Shown piece after piece: positions 42,161 to 54,620 of a stretch of 64,000 nucleotides of DNA; position 1 is the stretch's first letter, and every line of letters starts with the position of its first letter. The notes beneath the pieces were generated by a model. It saw only the letters and a list, made by a program, of their open reading frames with translations, was not told where the DNA came from and did no database searches. The DNA lies in NCBI RefSeq assembly GCF_009914755.1, contig NC_060937.1. One strand, 5' to 3'. The position numbers and the translations under genes are program-made. Source of the stretch: the human T2T-CHM13v2.0 reference genome, Homo sapiens.

Positions 42161-42877
42161 CTACTTTACAGTCCCACCAACAGTGTAAAAGTGTTCCTAT
42201 TTCTCCACATCCTCTCCAGCACCTGTTGTTTCCTGACTTTTTAATGATTGCCATTCTAACTGGTGTGTAAACTAGTTCAACCATTGTGGAAGTCGGTGTG
42301 GCGATTCCTCAGGGATTTAGAACTAGAAATACCATTTGACCCAGCCATCCCATTACTGGGTATATACCCAAAGGACTATAAATCATGCTGCTATAAAGAC
42401 ACATGCACACGTATGTTTATTGCGGCACTATTCACAATAGCAAAGACTTGGAACCAACCCAAATGTCCAACAAGGATAGACTGGATTAAGAAAATGTGGC
42501 ACATATACACCATGGAATACTATGCAGCCATAAAAAATGATGAGTTCATGTCCTTTGTGGGGACATGGATGAAATTGGAAATCATCATCCTCAGTAAACT
42601 ATCGCAAGGACAAAAAACCAAACACCGCGTGTTCTCACTCATAGGTGGGAACTGAACAATGAGAACACATGGACACAGGAAGGGGAACATCACACTCTGG
42701 GGACTGTTGTGGGGTGGGGGGAGGGGGGAGGGATAGCATTAGGAGATATACCTAATGCTAAATGACGAGTTAGTGGGCGCAGCGCACCAGCATGGCACAT
42801 GTATACATATGTAACTAACCTGCACATTGTGCACATGTACCCTAAAACTTAAAGCTCAACAATAATTAAATAAAAAA
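42161..42877 (+). mobile_element. 5'-inverted (twin-primed) young L1 (L1PA3-like)
   Basis: TSD aggattaaagaa at 42149-42160 and 42878-42889. About 105 bp antisense (42161-~42265), then sense ORF2 C-terminus (ORF 42263-42655), G-rich 3'UTR and A-rich tail. Confidence 0.97.
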
Positions 42878-43149
42878 AGGATTAAAGAATTAAAACTATA
42901 TAAATAATAAATTTCGAGTTTATTTATATGTTCTTCCAATTAAATATATAATATTAGAAAAGGAAAGTTCTATTTATACTAGTACACAAAAACTGTAAGT
43001 CATAAATATAGGAAGCCTTACTAAATTCAATCTAAAAAATTCTTAGTACTTAATATCAAGAACAAGCAGTCAGCAAAAAATAAATACTAATCAGATAATA
43101 ATAATGTGATAAATATAGGATTCACTATAATTAATAGAAGCCAATATTT

Positions 43150-43350
43150 ACTTGATAATTATTACATGCCAAACTTTCTGCTACCTCCTTTATAAATATT
43201 ATTTCATTGAAATCACCTAATGACCAAATGAGATAAGTAATATTATTGCTCACGTTATGTAGATGTGGAAACTTAGATATATTGAGGTGCCCATGTTCAC
43301 ACAGATGTAAAGTATTTATGCAGTATAACAAGACCAAAACCTAGGCCTGC
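43150..43350 (-). mobile_element. MIR
   Basis: atgccaaac...tattatttcattgaaatc...agatgtggaaacttaga. Confidence 0.55.
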
Positions 43351-43361
43351 GTATCTTAAAT

Positions 43362-43530
43362 CAGCACTTCTCAAAATTTAATTTGCATTTGGATCAACCA
43401 GGGATCTTGTTAAAATGCAGATTATCATTCAGTGTATCTGGGTTGGGGCTCAGGATTCTGTATTTCTAACAAGCTCCCAGGTGACGTTGATGTTACCTGT
43501 TCAATAGCTACACTGTGATTAGAAAGACTA
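43362..43530. mobile_element. MER5A/B (hAT-Charlie MITE)
   Basis: cagcacttctcaaa...gatcttgttaaaatgcagatt...ttctgtatttctaacaagctcccaggtga. Confidence 0.85.
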
Positions 43531-43599
43531 GAGAACATTACCTTTTATTACTAAAATATACTACCTCATATATGGATATCAACTGAATTAATTATAAAA

Positions 43600-43990
43600 A
43601 AAGGCAATTTGTGGTGTTGATGTATGTACAATTATTATGAGTTTGTGGATGTTTGTTGGTAAGGTTGTAATAAGGAATTATATATAAGATAAGAGATTAA
43701 ATTGGTGTAAGCACTTTTAAAACAATACAGCAAATACCTTGGCAATTTGAAATGCAAAAATCCTTTGTATCCAATCGCATGTCTACATGTATTTTAAAGA
43801 ATTAGATTCTCACGTGTTCAAATATATATATTTTAAAAGTATTGATTTCAGTATTATTCGTAATAGCCAAAAAGTGGAATGCTTCAAAGTATTCAACAGT
43901 AAGAGAATAAATAAGAGTTAAGTTTATCCAATGAAACATTAGACAGAATTTAAAAAGATGACATATATCAAAATGACATGTGGAAAAAAA
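43600..43990 (+). mobile_element. Old L1ME ORF2 3' fragment
   Basis: tgtttgttggt...aaattggtgtaagcactttt...tattcgtaatagccaaaaagtggaa. Confidence 0.55.
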
Positions 43991-43996
43991 ATCTCC

Positions 43997-44392
<396 letters not shown>

Positions 44393-44549
44393 TTAAAAAG
44401 CAGGGGCTTAAAACAATAATTTTTGCTGTATTAATGTATATATAACTTATACGATATACTATTGAATAAAAAATATAATAGTATTCATGGGGTTTTAAGG
44501 GCAGGATTCTATCAAGAAGTTAGCATGTGAAGTTTTAGATCCCAGTGAT

Positions 44550-44710
44550 TTTTTTATTGTGAAGAAAAATTACATTACCTAAAATGTACCATCTTCACCC
44601 TTTTTCAGTGTATAGCTCAGTAGTGTTAAGTATACGCACAATGTTTGAAACATATCTCTAGAACTTCTTCATCTTGTAGATACAAAACTATACCCATTAA
44701 ACAACACCTC
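44550..44710 (-). mobile_element. L1MB-like 3' end
   Basis: aaaatgtaccatcttcaccc...cagtagtgttaagtata...ctagaacttcttcatcttg...cccattaaacaac. Confidence 0.75.
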
Positions 44711-46101
44711 TAGTCTCTTTAAAAGAAAAGATTTCAAGCTGCTATGTTGACTCAAAGATAAATTTTTCTTCTAGACTTCCTCCATATATTTCATTCATAC
44801 ATTTAAGTTTGTGTAGCCAAAACTAGCCTCAAGACTTGCCCTTTGTCATTTTTGGGGGGTCTACTTTGTTTAATGTGGTTCCCCAAAATGTGGGTATAAT
44901 CAAAGTGAATTAAATGTTATCATACTGGTTTATACCACGATCTAGTTCTGCATATCCAGTTTACAATATTAATCATTGTAAAATAATGAGGCAATCTGGG
45001 GATTAAGAAGGTAGATAAAATCAGAAGAAAATGTTGTGATTTGTATTCCAAATCTGTTCTCATAGCATGTGCTCACAATAATGACTATTTCTATTCTTCA
45101 ATATTGTTGACATTTAGTTGTAAATAAAGTAGAACCTGCTCAAAATTTCAAAGAGGCTAAGTTATGGGTCCAGACTCTAGAGGTTTTTGATACAATTCAC
45201 ACAATGTGCAAATACAATGCTTTATTTCTCCTTTTTAGAATATGTAAATATGCCCATTTCTTGAGGTTGAATCAGAAACAACTTATTTTATCTTGTAGGC
45301 TTTGAATTATTCACTGGAATCCATAAATACCGAGATGTCCCCAAATCCCTGGGACACAGAACTCCAGCCAGAAGTCTCAGTTTTTCAGGACTAACACTGA
45401 GTCCTAAAATTTTATCTTCTCCTGGAATGAGTTTACCAATAATTTGAAGAAGTTATTCCAGGCTAACCACTAACACATGTTACAGCCAGTTCTCTTGTAC
45501 AACTAGAATTGCTTTTTCATTCATCCTGTTTTCAATCTTGTCAGGTTCCTTCTTCAGGTAAAGAAACCTGACGGCATTAGAGCTGTACTTTTCGCAGAGA
45601 GGTACCTTACAGGGGGAATCATATCATAGGTAGAGCTTACAGACTGATGGTATAGTCTAGAGAGCTTGCGATGTCAGATGTACTCATGGCCAAAATGATC
45701 GACTCCACAGCAAATGCTGATTGATAATTATGTTCCTGTTGGTAGGGAGGACCCTGTGGATATAGGCTATCCATATTGCCCTCTGCAGCTATTGTCTACA
45801 GTTAACATGGAAGCCCTTTTCTCATTTTCTTAAGTATGCAACTGCTTTATATTATATCATCTGTTTGAACAATTATTTATAAAATTAGCAAATTATTTAT
45901 AAATTTCTAAAGCCTATATGTCAGGTAAAAAAAAAAAGGATACATTTTAACTTTCTTCTCAGTTTTTAACAATGTAGATTACTTTAGAAGAATAATAGGA
46001 CACATAAAAATTAGCTGGAATAACATGGTCACAAAATTTTACATGAAAGATTTCTAATTGAAACAATAGAAAACATAAATATCATTAAAACTGCGACAAC
46101 A

Positions 46102-46188
46102 CAGTGAGCCGAGATCGCTCCACTGCACTCCAGCCTGGCAACAGAGCGAGACTCCGTCAAAACAAAGAAACAAACAAACAACAACAAA
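46102..46188 (+). mobile_element. Severely 5'-truncated Alu (last ~57 nt + tail, AluSc-like)
   Basis: cagtgagccgagatcgctccactgcactccagcctggcaacagagcgagactccgtc. TSD aaaactgcgacaaca (46087-46101) / aaaactgcaacaaca (46189-46203). Confidence 0.92.
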
Positions 46189-46294
46189 AAAACTGCAACA
46201 ACAACAAAAAACCCCACAAGAGTTCGCAAACTAAAAACAAATTAGGCTAACCAATCTAGAGATCATAATTTGACAGTACACTTGAAGGTAATAA

Positions 46295-46465
46295 TTCACC
46301 AGGTGTAATCTAGCATCCAGTGGCATCATCAGGACAAGGGAGGCTTTTAGAAATGCAAATTCTCAGGCCCACTGCAGGCTGCCTAAATGTAACAGGGTAA
46401 GGCCCACCAACCTGTGTTTTAAAGACCCATCTAGGAGACACATGATACAGGTGGTGAATCACTGC
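46295..46465. mobile_element. MER5A
   Basis: ttagaaatgcaaattctcaggccc...cctgtgttttaaagaccc...gaatcactg. Confidence 0.75.
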
Positions 46466-47729
46466 TAAACATTATAGAGTAAAATAGGGTAAAACATTCA
46501 CAACTGTTTCATCAGTGCCAAGTATTCTTAACTGAAGAGAAAAAGAAAATAAAAATAAACTGCACTAACTATGTATCAGACATTTCCTTTTTAGCCCAAA
46601 TACATTTTTAAGTGTACCTGGGCTAATTTAGTCTTACCTAATTTAGTCTTTGTTCTCAAATTTCAGTAGCTCAATTTGTAGCTTTGATAAGAGTTCCATG
46701 AAGTTTACTATGTATTTGTATATGCACTTAAACTGAGTGTTCAATGATCATAGTTTATCAAGGTTAATTGTGACACTGGGAATTTCTATTTCAATGCTCA
46801 TCACTTATGAGGCTGCAGGTGTGACTGGTTTCTGACTGCACTCCAATACAGAGTTCCCTCCACTCTGCAGCTGAGCCCAAGATGCTGACAATACAGGTGC
46901 GGAAGAGGGTCATTGTGCGAAACTAATTTCAGGTGTCTTTGTGAGACAGTGATTTTTTTTTTTTCCACAAAGTGGCTAATTATGAATACTATGACACACT
47001 TGATACCCTTTGTGCTTTTGCCTCGCTTCTATCCTTGTGACCATATAAGTACCAGTACTGCTGGTGGGAATTTGACATGGGGAATCTGGATGACTGGAAG
47101 GAAATGCAACATTTGAACTAAAATATCCATGAAATTGCTGTAAAGGCTAATTTGGGAGTGGGCAATTTCAGGCAAATGTTGAGAATGCATAAACAGTTTT
47201 TGTGCTAGTATTACTCTAATAGAACTTATGTAACAGAACTAGAATAGGATTTGAGAACCACACATGAAAAATAATTATTTTCCTGTGTCATACATAGGCA
47301 GTCAAATTATCCTTTAAGACTTAGATAGTGATGGTATTGATTTAAGTGAATACCTGTGATTTTGTGGGGTAAAAACGTAATTTTTTGTATGCATTTTTTT
47401 TGCACTCATAAAACGTATAATCCCAAGTTTCTTTTTTTTTTATGGTATATACACTTTTCTGTTTCCTTTGGGCATCTCACTGGCATTTTCAGTGACAAAA
47501 TGTTTGCTTTGCTCCATTTTTGGTCTCATAATTTAATTAAAAAGTAGATATTGTGAATATGTGAGATAGCCAGCTGGGGTTATAATTATAATTTTTTGAA
47601 TGATGTAGCCCTATTCAGTGCTAATGGGCTTATGCAATAACTAAATGTATTTTCATATTATAGCACAAGGATTTCATTGAAATACAGAACCAAGTATTAA
47701 AGTTGTACCCAAAGATATACTAAGGCTTG

Positions 47730-47880
47730 CTATACAAAAGTAGTCTGCAGAGCAGCAGCATCTGTGAGATCATCAGAAATGCATAATCTCAGGAACTACT
47801 GCAGAAGAGCTGAAGTAGATTCTGTATTTTAACAAGATCCTAAGTTATTAGAATGTCCGTCAGAACTTGAAATGCACCAT
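47730..47880. mobile_element. MER5-family MITE
   Basis: cagcagcatc...agaaatgcataatctcagg...tctgtattttaacaagatcc. Confidence 0.7.
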
Positions 47881-47995
47881 CCTGGCAGGAAGGAAATTAA
47901 ATAATTTTTGGTTTATTTGGCATATTGTTCTTTGTCACCAAAAATGAACATGCACTTCAATATACTATTACAGTAGTCATTTTGGGGATTAAAAT

Positions 47996-50187
47996 TATAT
48001 TAGCTTTTTCTCATACTGCTAATAAAGACATACCTAAGCCAGGGTAATTTATAAAGAAAAAGAGGTTTAATGGACTCACAGTTCCACATGGCTGGACAGG
48101 CCTCACAATCATGGTGGAAGATGAAAGGCACCTCTCACATGGCAGCAGGCAAGAGACAGCGCATATGCAGGGGAACTCCCTTTCATAAAACCATCAGATC
48201 TCCTGAGGCTTACTCACTCTCACAAGAACAGCATGAGAAAGAACTGCACTCTGATTCAATTACCTCCCACCAAGTCTCTCCGATGACATGTGGGAATTAT
48301 GGAAGCTACAATTTGAGATTCAGGTGGGGACACAGCCAAACCATATTTTTCCCTGGCCCCTCCCAAATCTCATGTCCTCACATTTCAAAACCAATCATGC
48401 TTCCCCAACAGTCCCCCAAAATCTTAACTCATTTCAGCATTAACTCAAAAGTCCACAGTCCAAAGTCTCATCTGAGACAAGGCAAGTCCTTTCCACCTAT
48501 GAGCCTATAAAATCAAAAGCAAGTTACTTACTTCCTAGATACAATGGGGGAACAGGCATTAGATAAAAACACCCATTCCAAATGGGAGAAATTGGCCAAA
48601 ATTAAGGGGCTAAAGTTTGAAATCTGGCGGGGCAGTTAAATCTTAAAGCTCCAAAATGTCTCCTTTTACTCCATGTCTCAAGTCCAGATCACGCTGATAC
48701 AAGAGGTGGGTTCCCAAAGACTTGGGCAGCTCCACTCCTGTGTCTTTGCGGTGTACAGCCTCCCTCCTGGCTGCTTTCACAAGCTGCCATTGACTGTCTT
48801 CAGCTTTTCCAGGTGCACAGTGGAAGCAGTCGGTGGATCTACCACTCTGGAGTCTGGAGGACAGTGGCCCTCATCTCACTGCTCCACTATGCAATGCCCC
48901 AGTAGGTACTCTGTGTGGGGCTCTGACCCCACATTTCCCTTCCATACTGCCACAGCAGAGCTTCTTCATGAGGATTCCATCCCTGCAGCACACCTCTGAG
49001 GTTCCTAAACCTCAATTCTTGACTTTTGCATGCTCAACACCACATGGAAGCTGCCAAGGCTTGGGGCTTGTGCCCTCTGAAGCAATAGCCCAAGCTGTAC
49101 TTTTGTCCCTTTTAGCTCAGGCTGGAGTGCCTGGGATGCTGCACACAGCAGGGCATCCCTGGATTCAGCCTGCTAAACGATTTTTCCCTCCTAGGGCTCC
49201 AGTCCTGTGATGGGAGGGTCTGCCGCGAAAGTCTCTAACATGCCCTGGAGACATTTTCCCCATTGTCTTAGTGATTAACATTCATCTCCTTGTTACTTAT
49301 GCATATTTCTGAAGCCAGCTTGAATTTCTACTCAGAAAATGAGTTTTTATTTTATATTCCATTGTCAGGCTGCAAACTTTCATGCTCTGCTTCCTTTTGA
49401 ATGCCTTGTCGCTTAGAAATTTCTTCCTCCAGATACCCTAAATCATCTCTCTCAACTTCAAAGTTCTACAGATCTCTATGGCAGGGGCAAAATGCTGCCA
49501 GTCTCTTTACATAGCAAGAGTGACCTTTACTTCAATTCCCAACAAGTTCCTCATCTGCATCTGAAACCACCTCAACTGTACCTTATTGTCCATATCACTA
49601 CCAGCATTTTGGTCAAAGCCATTCAATAAGTCTCTAGGAAGTTCCAAACTTTCCCACATCTTCCCGTCTTCTGAGCCCTCCAAGTCTCTAGGAAGTGCCA
49701 AACTTTCCTACACTTGCCTATCTTCTTCTGAGCCTTCCAAACAGTTCCAACCTCTGCCTGTTGCCCAGTTCCAAAGTCGCTTCCACATTTTTGGGTATTG
49801 TTACAGCAGTGCCCTACTCCTGGTACCAATTTACTGTATTACTCTGTTCTCACACTGCTAATAAACACATAACCGAGACTGGGTAATTTATAAAGGAAAA
49901 GAGGTTTAATGGACTCACAGTTCCACATGGCTGGGGGGGCCTCACAATTATGGCAGAAAGCAAAAGTCACATCTTACATGGCAGAGGCAAGAGAGAGAGC
50001 ATGCACAGGAAAACAGCTCTTTATAAAACCATTGGATCTCATTAGACTTATTCACTATCATGAGAACAGCATGGGAAAGACCCACTCTCATGATTCAATT
50101 ATCTTTCACTGGGTCCCTCCCATGACACGTGGGAATTATGGGAGTTACAATTTGAGATTTGGGTGGAGACACAGCCAAACCATGTCA
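47996..50187 (-). mobile_element. Complete THE1 (MaLR; THE1C/D-like) element: LTR 47996-~48348, internal, LTR 49835-50187
   Basis: Both LTRs contain gggtaatttataaag.aaa.gaggtttaatggactcacagttccacatggctg...acacagccaaaccat. 5-bp TSD aaaat at 47991-47995 and 50188-50192. THE1-int sequence lies between them. Confidence 0.95.
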
Positions 50188-50420
50188 AAAATGTATAGAA
50201 TTTATTATGCCATCAGCATGAACCTTGCAAACCTAGGCATTTCCTACAAGTATATAACAAATCCTTCATTTTTATATATCTATTATGTAAAAATCACTTT
50301 AATAGTTATTTGGCATTAAATAAGCTACTTATTTTTGTCATCTGTAATACGGGAACAACAGTGACACTTCCATTGCAAGGTTGTTGTGAGAATTATAGGA
50401 AGTATACATGTAAAATCCTT

Positions 50421-50745
50421 TTTTTAATTTTTTATTTTTATTTTTTACATTAAGACAGGGTCTCAGTCTGTCACCCAGGCTAGAGTGAAGTGACTCGAAC
50501 AGGACTCACTCCAACAGTGACTTGACCTTCTGAGTTCAATGGGTTCTTACATCTCAGCCTCTGGAGTAGTTGGGACCACAGGCACATACCACCATGCTCA
50601 GCTGTTTTTATTTGTTTATTTTTCACCCTTAGAGACAGGGATTCACCACTTTGCCCAGGCTGGTTTTGAACTCCTGGGCTCATGCGATTCACTCACCTCA
50701 GCCTCCCAGGTGTTGGGACTGCGTAAGTTAGCTACTGTGCCTGGC
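50421..50745 (-). mobile_element. Alu (AluJ-like) inserted in a MIR (~50330-50790)
   Basis: Divergent dimer. TSD tgtaaaatcctt / tgtaaaatactt. MIR core tcatctgtaata...aggttgttgtgagaatta upstream. Confidence 0.88.
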
Positions 50746-53047
50746 TGTAAAATACTTAAGAGTGTCAGATACATTGCAGGCACTCATTAATTCTTTACTC
50801 TTAGTATTTTTTTAAATATATATTAGGTAGAGAGAGATTGTTTTTATTCTTCAGAACAATGGACAGGAAGAATGGAACCAATGTAGGTGAGTGAATGGGT
50901 GTCAGTTTATAAATATTGTGGAGCACATTGGTCATTTTGTTGGCTTTGATTCTTCATAATACTCCTTCTTCCTTGGGTGAGCAAAACAAAGTAAGGCCAG
51001 GCCAACTTAGCATCTCTGGTCATTGTAGGTTATAAGAAGTCTATGATCATAGGCTCAAGAGAAATGCACCTGCTGCTCCTGAGGCTGGCATAGCTCAGCC
51101 AAGTTCAACCAGGGCAGCAGAAGGCATCAGTAGCAGCAACCACAATCAGCACTATTTTACAGCGTCTTCATCAAAGAGGTCTAGCACACTTCCAGAAAGG
51201 GGGCTGGTGGCATCCAAGATAAAACATGAAAGAAACAGAACTTTCTCAAGGGTCTCTCTCCTCTCTCTCTCTCTCTCTCGTCTAAAAAGAACTTACAGAG
51301 ATAATGATGTACTAAAAAAAAAAATCTGGCCAGAGGGGATGATTTCACTTGGTATTTTAGCCACTCTGAGTATTGGCACATCTCTTGATTTTTAAAATAG
51401 TATGTTTTTACTTAGGATTTTTTTTTTCAGAAGATTACTTAGGATCAAATTTCTAGAAGCATGATGATTTTAGGAAAAGTGTATTCCTTGCTTAAATCTA
51501 ATACCAGAAAAAAAAGTACAGACTGAACCTTCCCTGAAAAGGCAATTTCAGATAATGTTTCACAGAGAATTAAAATGAATCAGTGTAACATTACTTTTTT
51601 CTTTAAAAGAAAATGAAATAGAAAAAAGACACAACTAAAACATGACTTTTTGAAAATGAGGAAACATTTTATATTTGCCATGTGGAAAGTGACAGAAGTT
51701 AATGATATAATTTATGAAATATACAAGACTACACAAATCCAAAATGAATAATGATAATGATTACATTAGAAATTAATGCTATTTTTAGATTTGGCTTTTG
51801 TAAAGTACAAATGACTTCATGTTTTGATTCTAAGGCTAACAGCAAACTACAAGATAAGTATTATTAATATCAGGTAGTATTATTTCTTTTCTAAAGATCA
51901 GGAATATAATGTTCAGAATGTTCTGAGATGTTTTGTAACTTGCTCCAGGATACAGATAGAGTGGTATTAAAAGATCACAAGATTGGTCATTCTCATTAGT
52001 ATACATCATCATCTTGCCTTAAGCCAGGCCAAATAAACTTCTCCTTTAAGAATAACATTTCTGCTTTTCCCCAAATGATGCTGCTGCACTGTCATATATT
52101 AACACCCAGAGCCTTTGCTGCACTGTTCATAGTGTAAGTGAGCGTTCAACCCAAGTATGTAAGTGTTTCTGTAAAGTCCCCACACTTTAAAAACTTCTTC
52201 TCCTGCAATTCACCATGTAGACAATAACCACTGTAGACGTTCTCACTTGTTAGAAAACCATTTTTTCTAGAAACAGTAAAATTCCTATTTCTCTTAGCAT
52301 TACTTATATAATAGGGCAGGAATATTTCTAACAACGTTTATTGTCTCTACACATCTGAGATGATGTGATGATCTTCCATGTTTTTTCTAAAAACTCTGTC
52401 TCCATGGCATGTAAATGTTGGTTCTTGATATGCATTGCTAATCATTAAAATAAATGACCTTATAAATTTTCTCTATTTAGAGGCACACAGGGCTGCTGAG
52501 AAGGGGATCTTCCTTTCCCAAAATAAATAAAAGGTAAGTGGAAGGAAGGAGGATTTATATTTCCTCTGAATCTTAGACTGTATCACAATTTTTGTTCTCT
52601 TACAGATAAAAAGGGAAGGCTAAGTCCATTATGACTGAATATATTCTTGAATTTGTCAGATGTAAGCAACCAAATTACCATTTTCATCAGAAAGATTAAA
52701 TATAATTGTTTTTAACTTTTTGCTAAGAAAAAGTTCAGGGCAGCTATCTTCCTAAATGTATAGATAGATTTCATACAAATCATTTTCTATCTGCTCTCAG
52801 TACTTAATACTTCGTGACTTTTCTCACCAATAGTTTTTCCTTTTAATATTTTATTTTAAATCACATTATTCCTGCATTTTTTAAAATTCAAAATCCACAT
52901 TAGCAAAAATATTCCTAATGAATTCAAGTGACCTTGAACGCCAAAGAAAACAGAATATATCACCATTATGGACAATATCCACAGCATAGAGCACATGATT
53001 TTTGAAGGTACGAGATGTTTGCAAAAGGAAATAGGATGAGATACATT

Positions 53048-53379
53048 GGCCGGGCATGGTGGCTCACGCCTGTAATCCCAGCACTTTGTGAGGCCAAGGC
53101 GAGTGAATCACCTGAGGTCAGGAGTTCCCGACCAGCCAGGCCAACCTAGTGAAACCCCGTCTTTACTAAAAATACAAAAAAATTAGCTGGGCGTGATGGC
53201 TGGTGCCAATAATCTCAGCTACTCGGGAGCCTGAGGCAGGAGAATCTCTTGAATCTGTGAGGCGGAGGTTGCATGGTGACCCGAGATCGTACCACTGCAC
53301 TGCAGCCTGGGCAACAGAGCAAGACTCTGTCTCAAAAAAAAAAAAAAAAAAAAAAGAAAAAGAAAAAGAAAAAGAAAAA
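53048..53379 (+). mobile_element. Alu (AluSx-like) with polyA-(GAAAAA)n tail
   Basis: Full dimer ggccgggcatggtggctcacgcctgtaatccc...gactctgtctc. Confidence 0.95.
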
Positions 53380-53807
53380 TACATGGCTAACATTTTAGAA
53401 ACTACTTATGAAATTTTGATTAGTGTGTTTAGAATAATAATACCTTCAGATTGATAGTTCTAAGCTTATTTCCCAGGAAGCACACAGAGAGTCCGAAGGA
53501 GCTGTTTTTGGTGTTGTTATGGGAGAGAGTGTTCTGGCAGACTCATACATAGGATTTATGATACACAGCAGTACTGTGTCTGTCTGAGCATCAAACGAGG
53601 CAATGACTTGCCTTTAATGACAAAACACACCTATAAGATACAGACAACTTAGCTTGCAGATACACTGAGCAGAGACTCTCTTTCAAAGGACAGAAGAAGT
53701 GAAGGAAATATGAATGGAAAGCTTGGTAGATTTGGGCATATATAAATATAATTGTCTACATGTTAAAACTAATTGAAAGGGGCATTGTAATAGAAAAATA
53801 GGTTATA

Positions 53808-54095
53808 CATATATATATATAAAATATATATATATATAAAATATATATATATATAAAATATATATATATAAAATATATATATATATAAAATATATATATA
53901 TAAAATATATATATATATAAAATATATATATATAAAATATATATATATATAAAATATATATATATAAAATATATATATATATAAAATATATATATATATC
54001 TCCTGCCGTAAATATGTATACACACATATACATAATGTATATATACATATATATGTATATATGTATATGTGTGTATATATATGTGTATATATATC
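53808..54095. repeat. AT-only minisatellite [AAAA(TA)nT] followed by a TA/CA/TG tract
   Basis: 11 consecutive 15- or 17-bp units at 53821-53999. ORFs at 53756-54126 are artefacts. Confidence 0.97.
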
Positions 54096-54109
54096 CCACA
54101 AGACTCAAA

Positions 54110-54620
54110 ACATAAAATACAGCCAATAAGCCTACGAAAGATATTGAACTTTACTAATTATCAAAGAAGAGGGAATGCAATAAAAATAACAACAAGAAAC
54201 CCATTGGAAAAGACCAAAAAAATCTAGTAACAAGTGGGGATCAGGTACTCTGACATATCATGATTGAGAATGGAGGAAATACATGATGCGCACATTTGGA
54301 GGAATAATGTCTCTTTATCTTAAACTTAAAATGTCTGTGATTTTAATATAATAATATTTCTTAGAATTCATTACAAAAAGACAATTACAATTTATTAAAA
54401 ATGATGTAAGGGATTTTATTACAGTATTTAGTTGTAAATGTTAATGGAAATGAAGATACCATGTTAGAGTTTAAATATGTTTAATAATTCAGTTTGCAAA
54501 TTCAGTTTGCAAAACAATATCTACTTTATAAGGCCAATTACATAATTTTAACATACAAAAATTCAACACTAAGTATGAAATATGGTTATGTCTGGATGAC
54601 AAAGTTATTTGATTTTTTCC
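54110..54620 (+). mobile_element. Old L1ME fragment
   Basis: agccaataagc...aaagatattgaactttactaattatcaaaga...atgcaataaaaataacaa. Confidence 0.55.

Noticed and set aside
42708-42732. G-quadruplex-forming G tract
   Set aside because: Standard feature of the L1PA 3'UTR, not specific to this locus.
45625-45670. ggtagagc...agactg as a tRNA-like fragment
   Set aside because: No T-loop GTTC motif and no cloverleaf pairing.
49628-49742. ~54-bp tandem duplication in the THE1 internal region
   Set aside because: I recall this duplication in THE1 internal consensus sequences, so it is probably inherited rather than locus-specific. A Dfam alignment would confirm.
50421-53379. Inverted Alu pair as a dsRNA/editing substrate
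   Set aside because: The Alus are 2.3 kb apart and from divergent subfamilies (J-like versus S-like). This is a common arrangement and I have no evidence of transcription.
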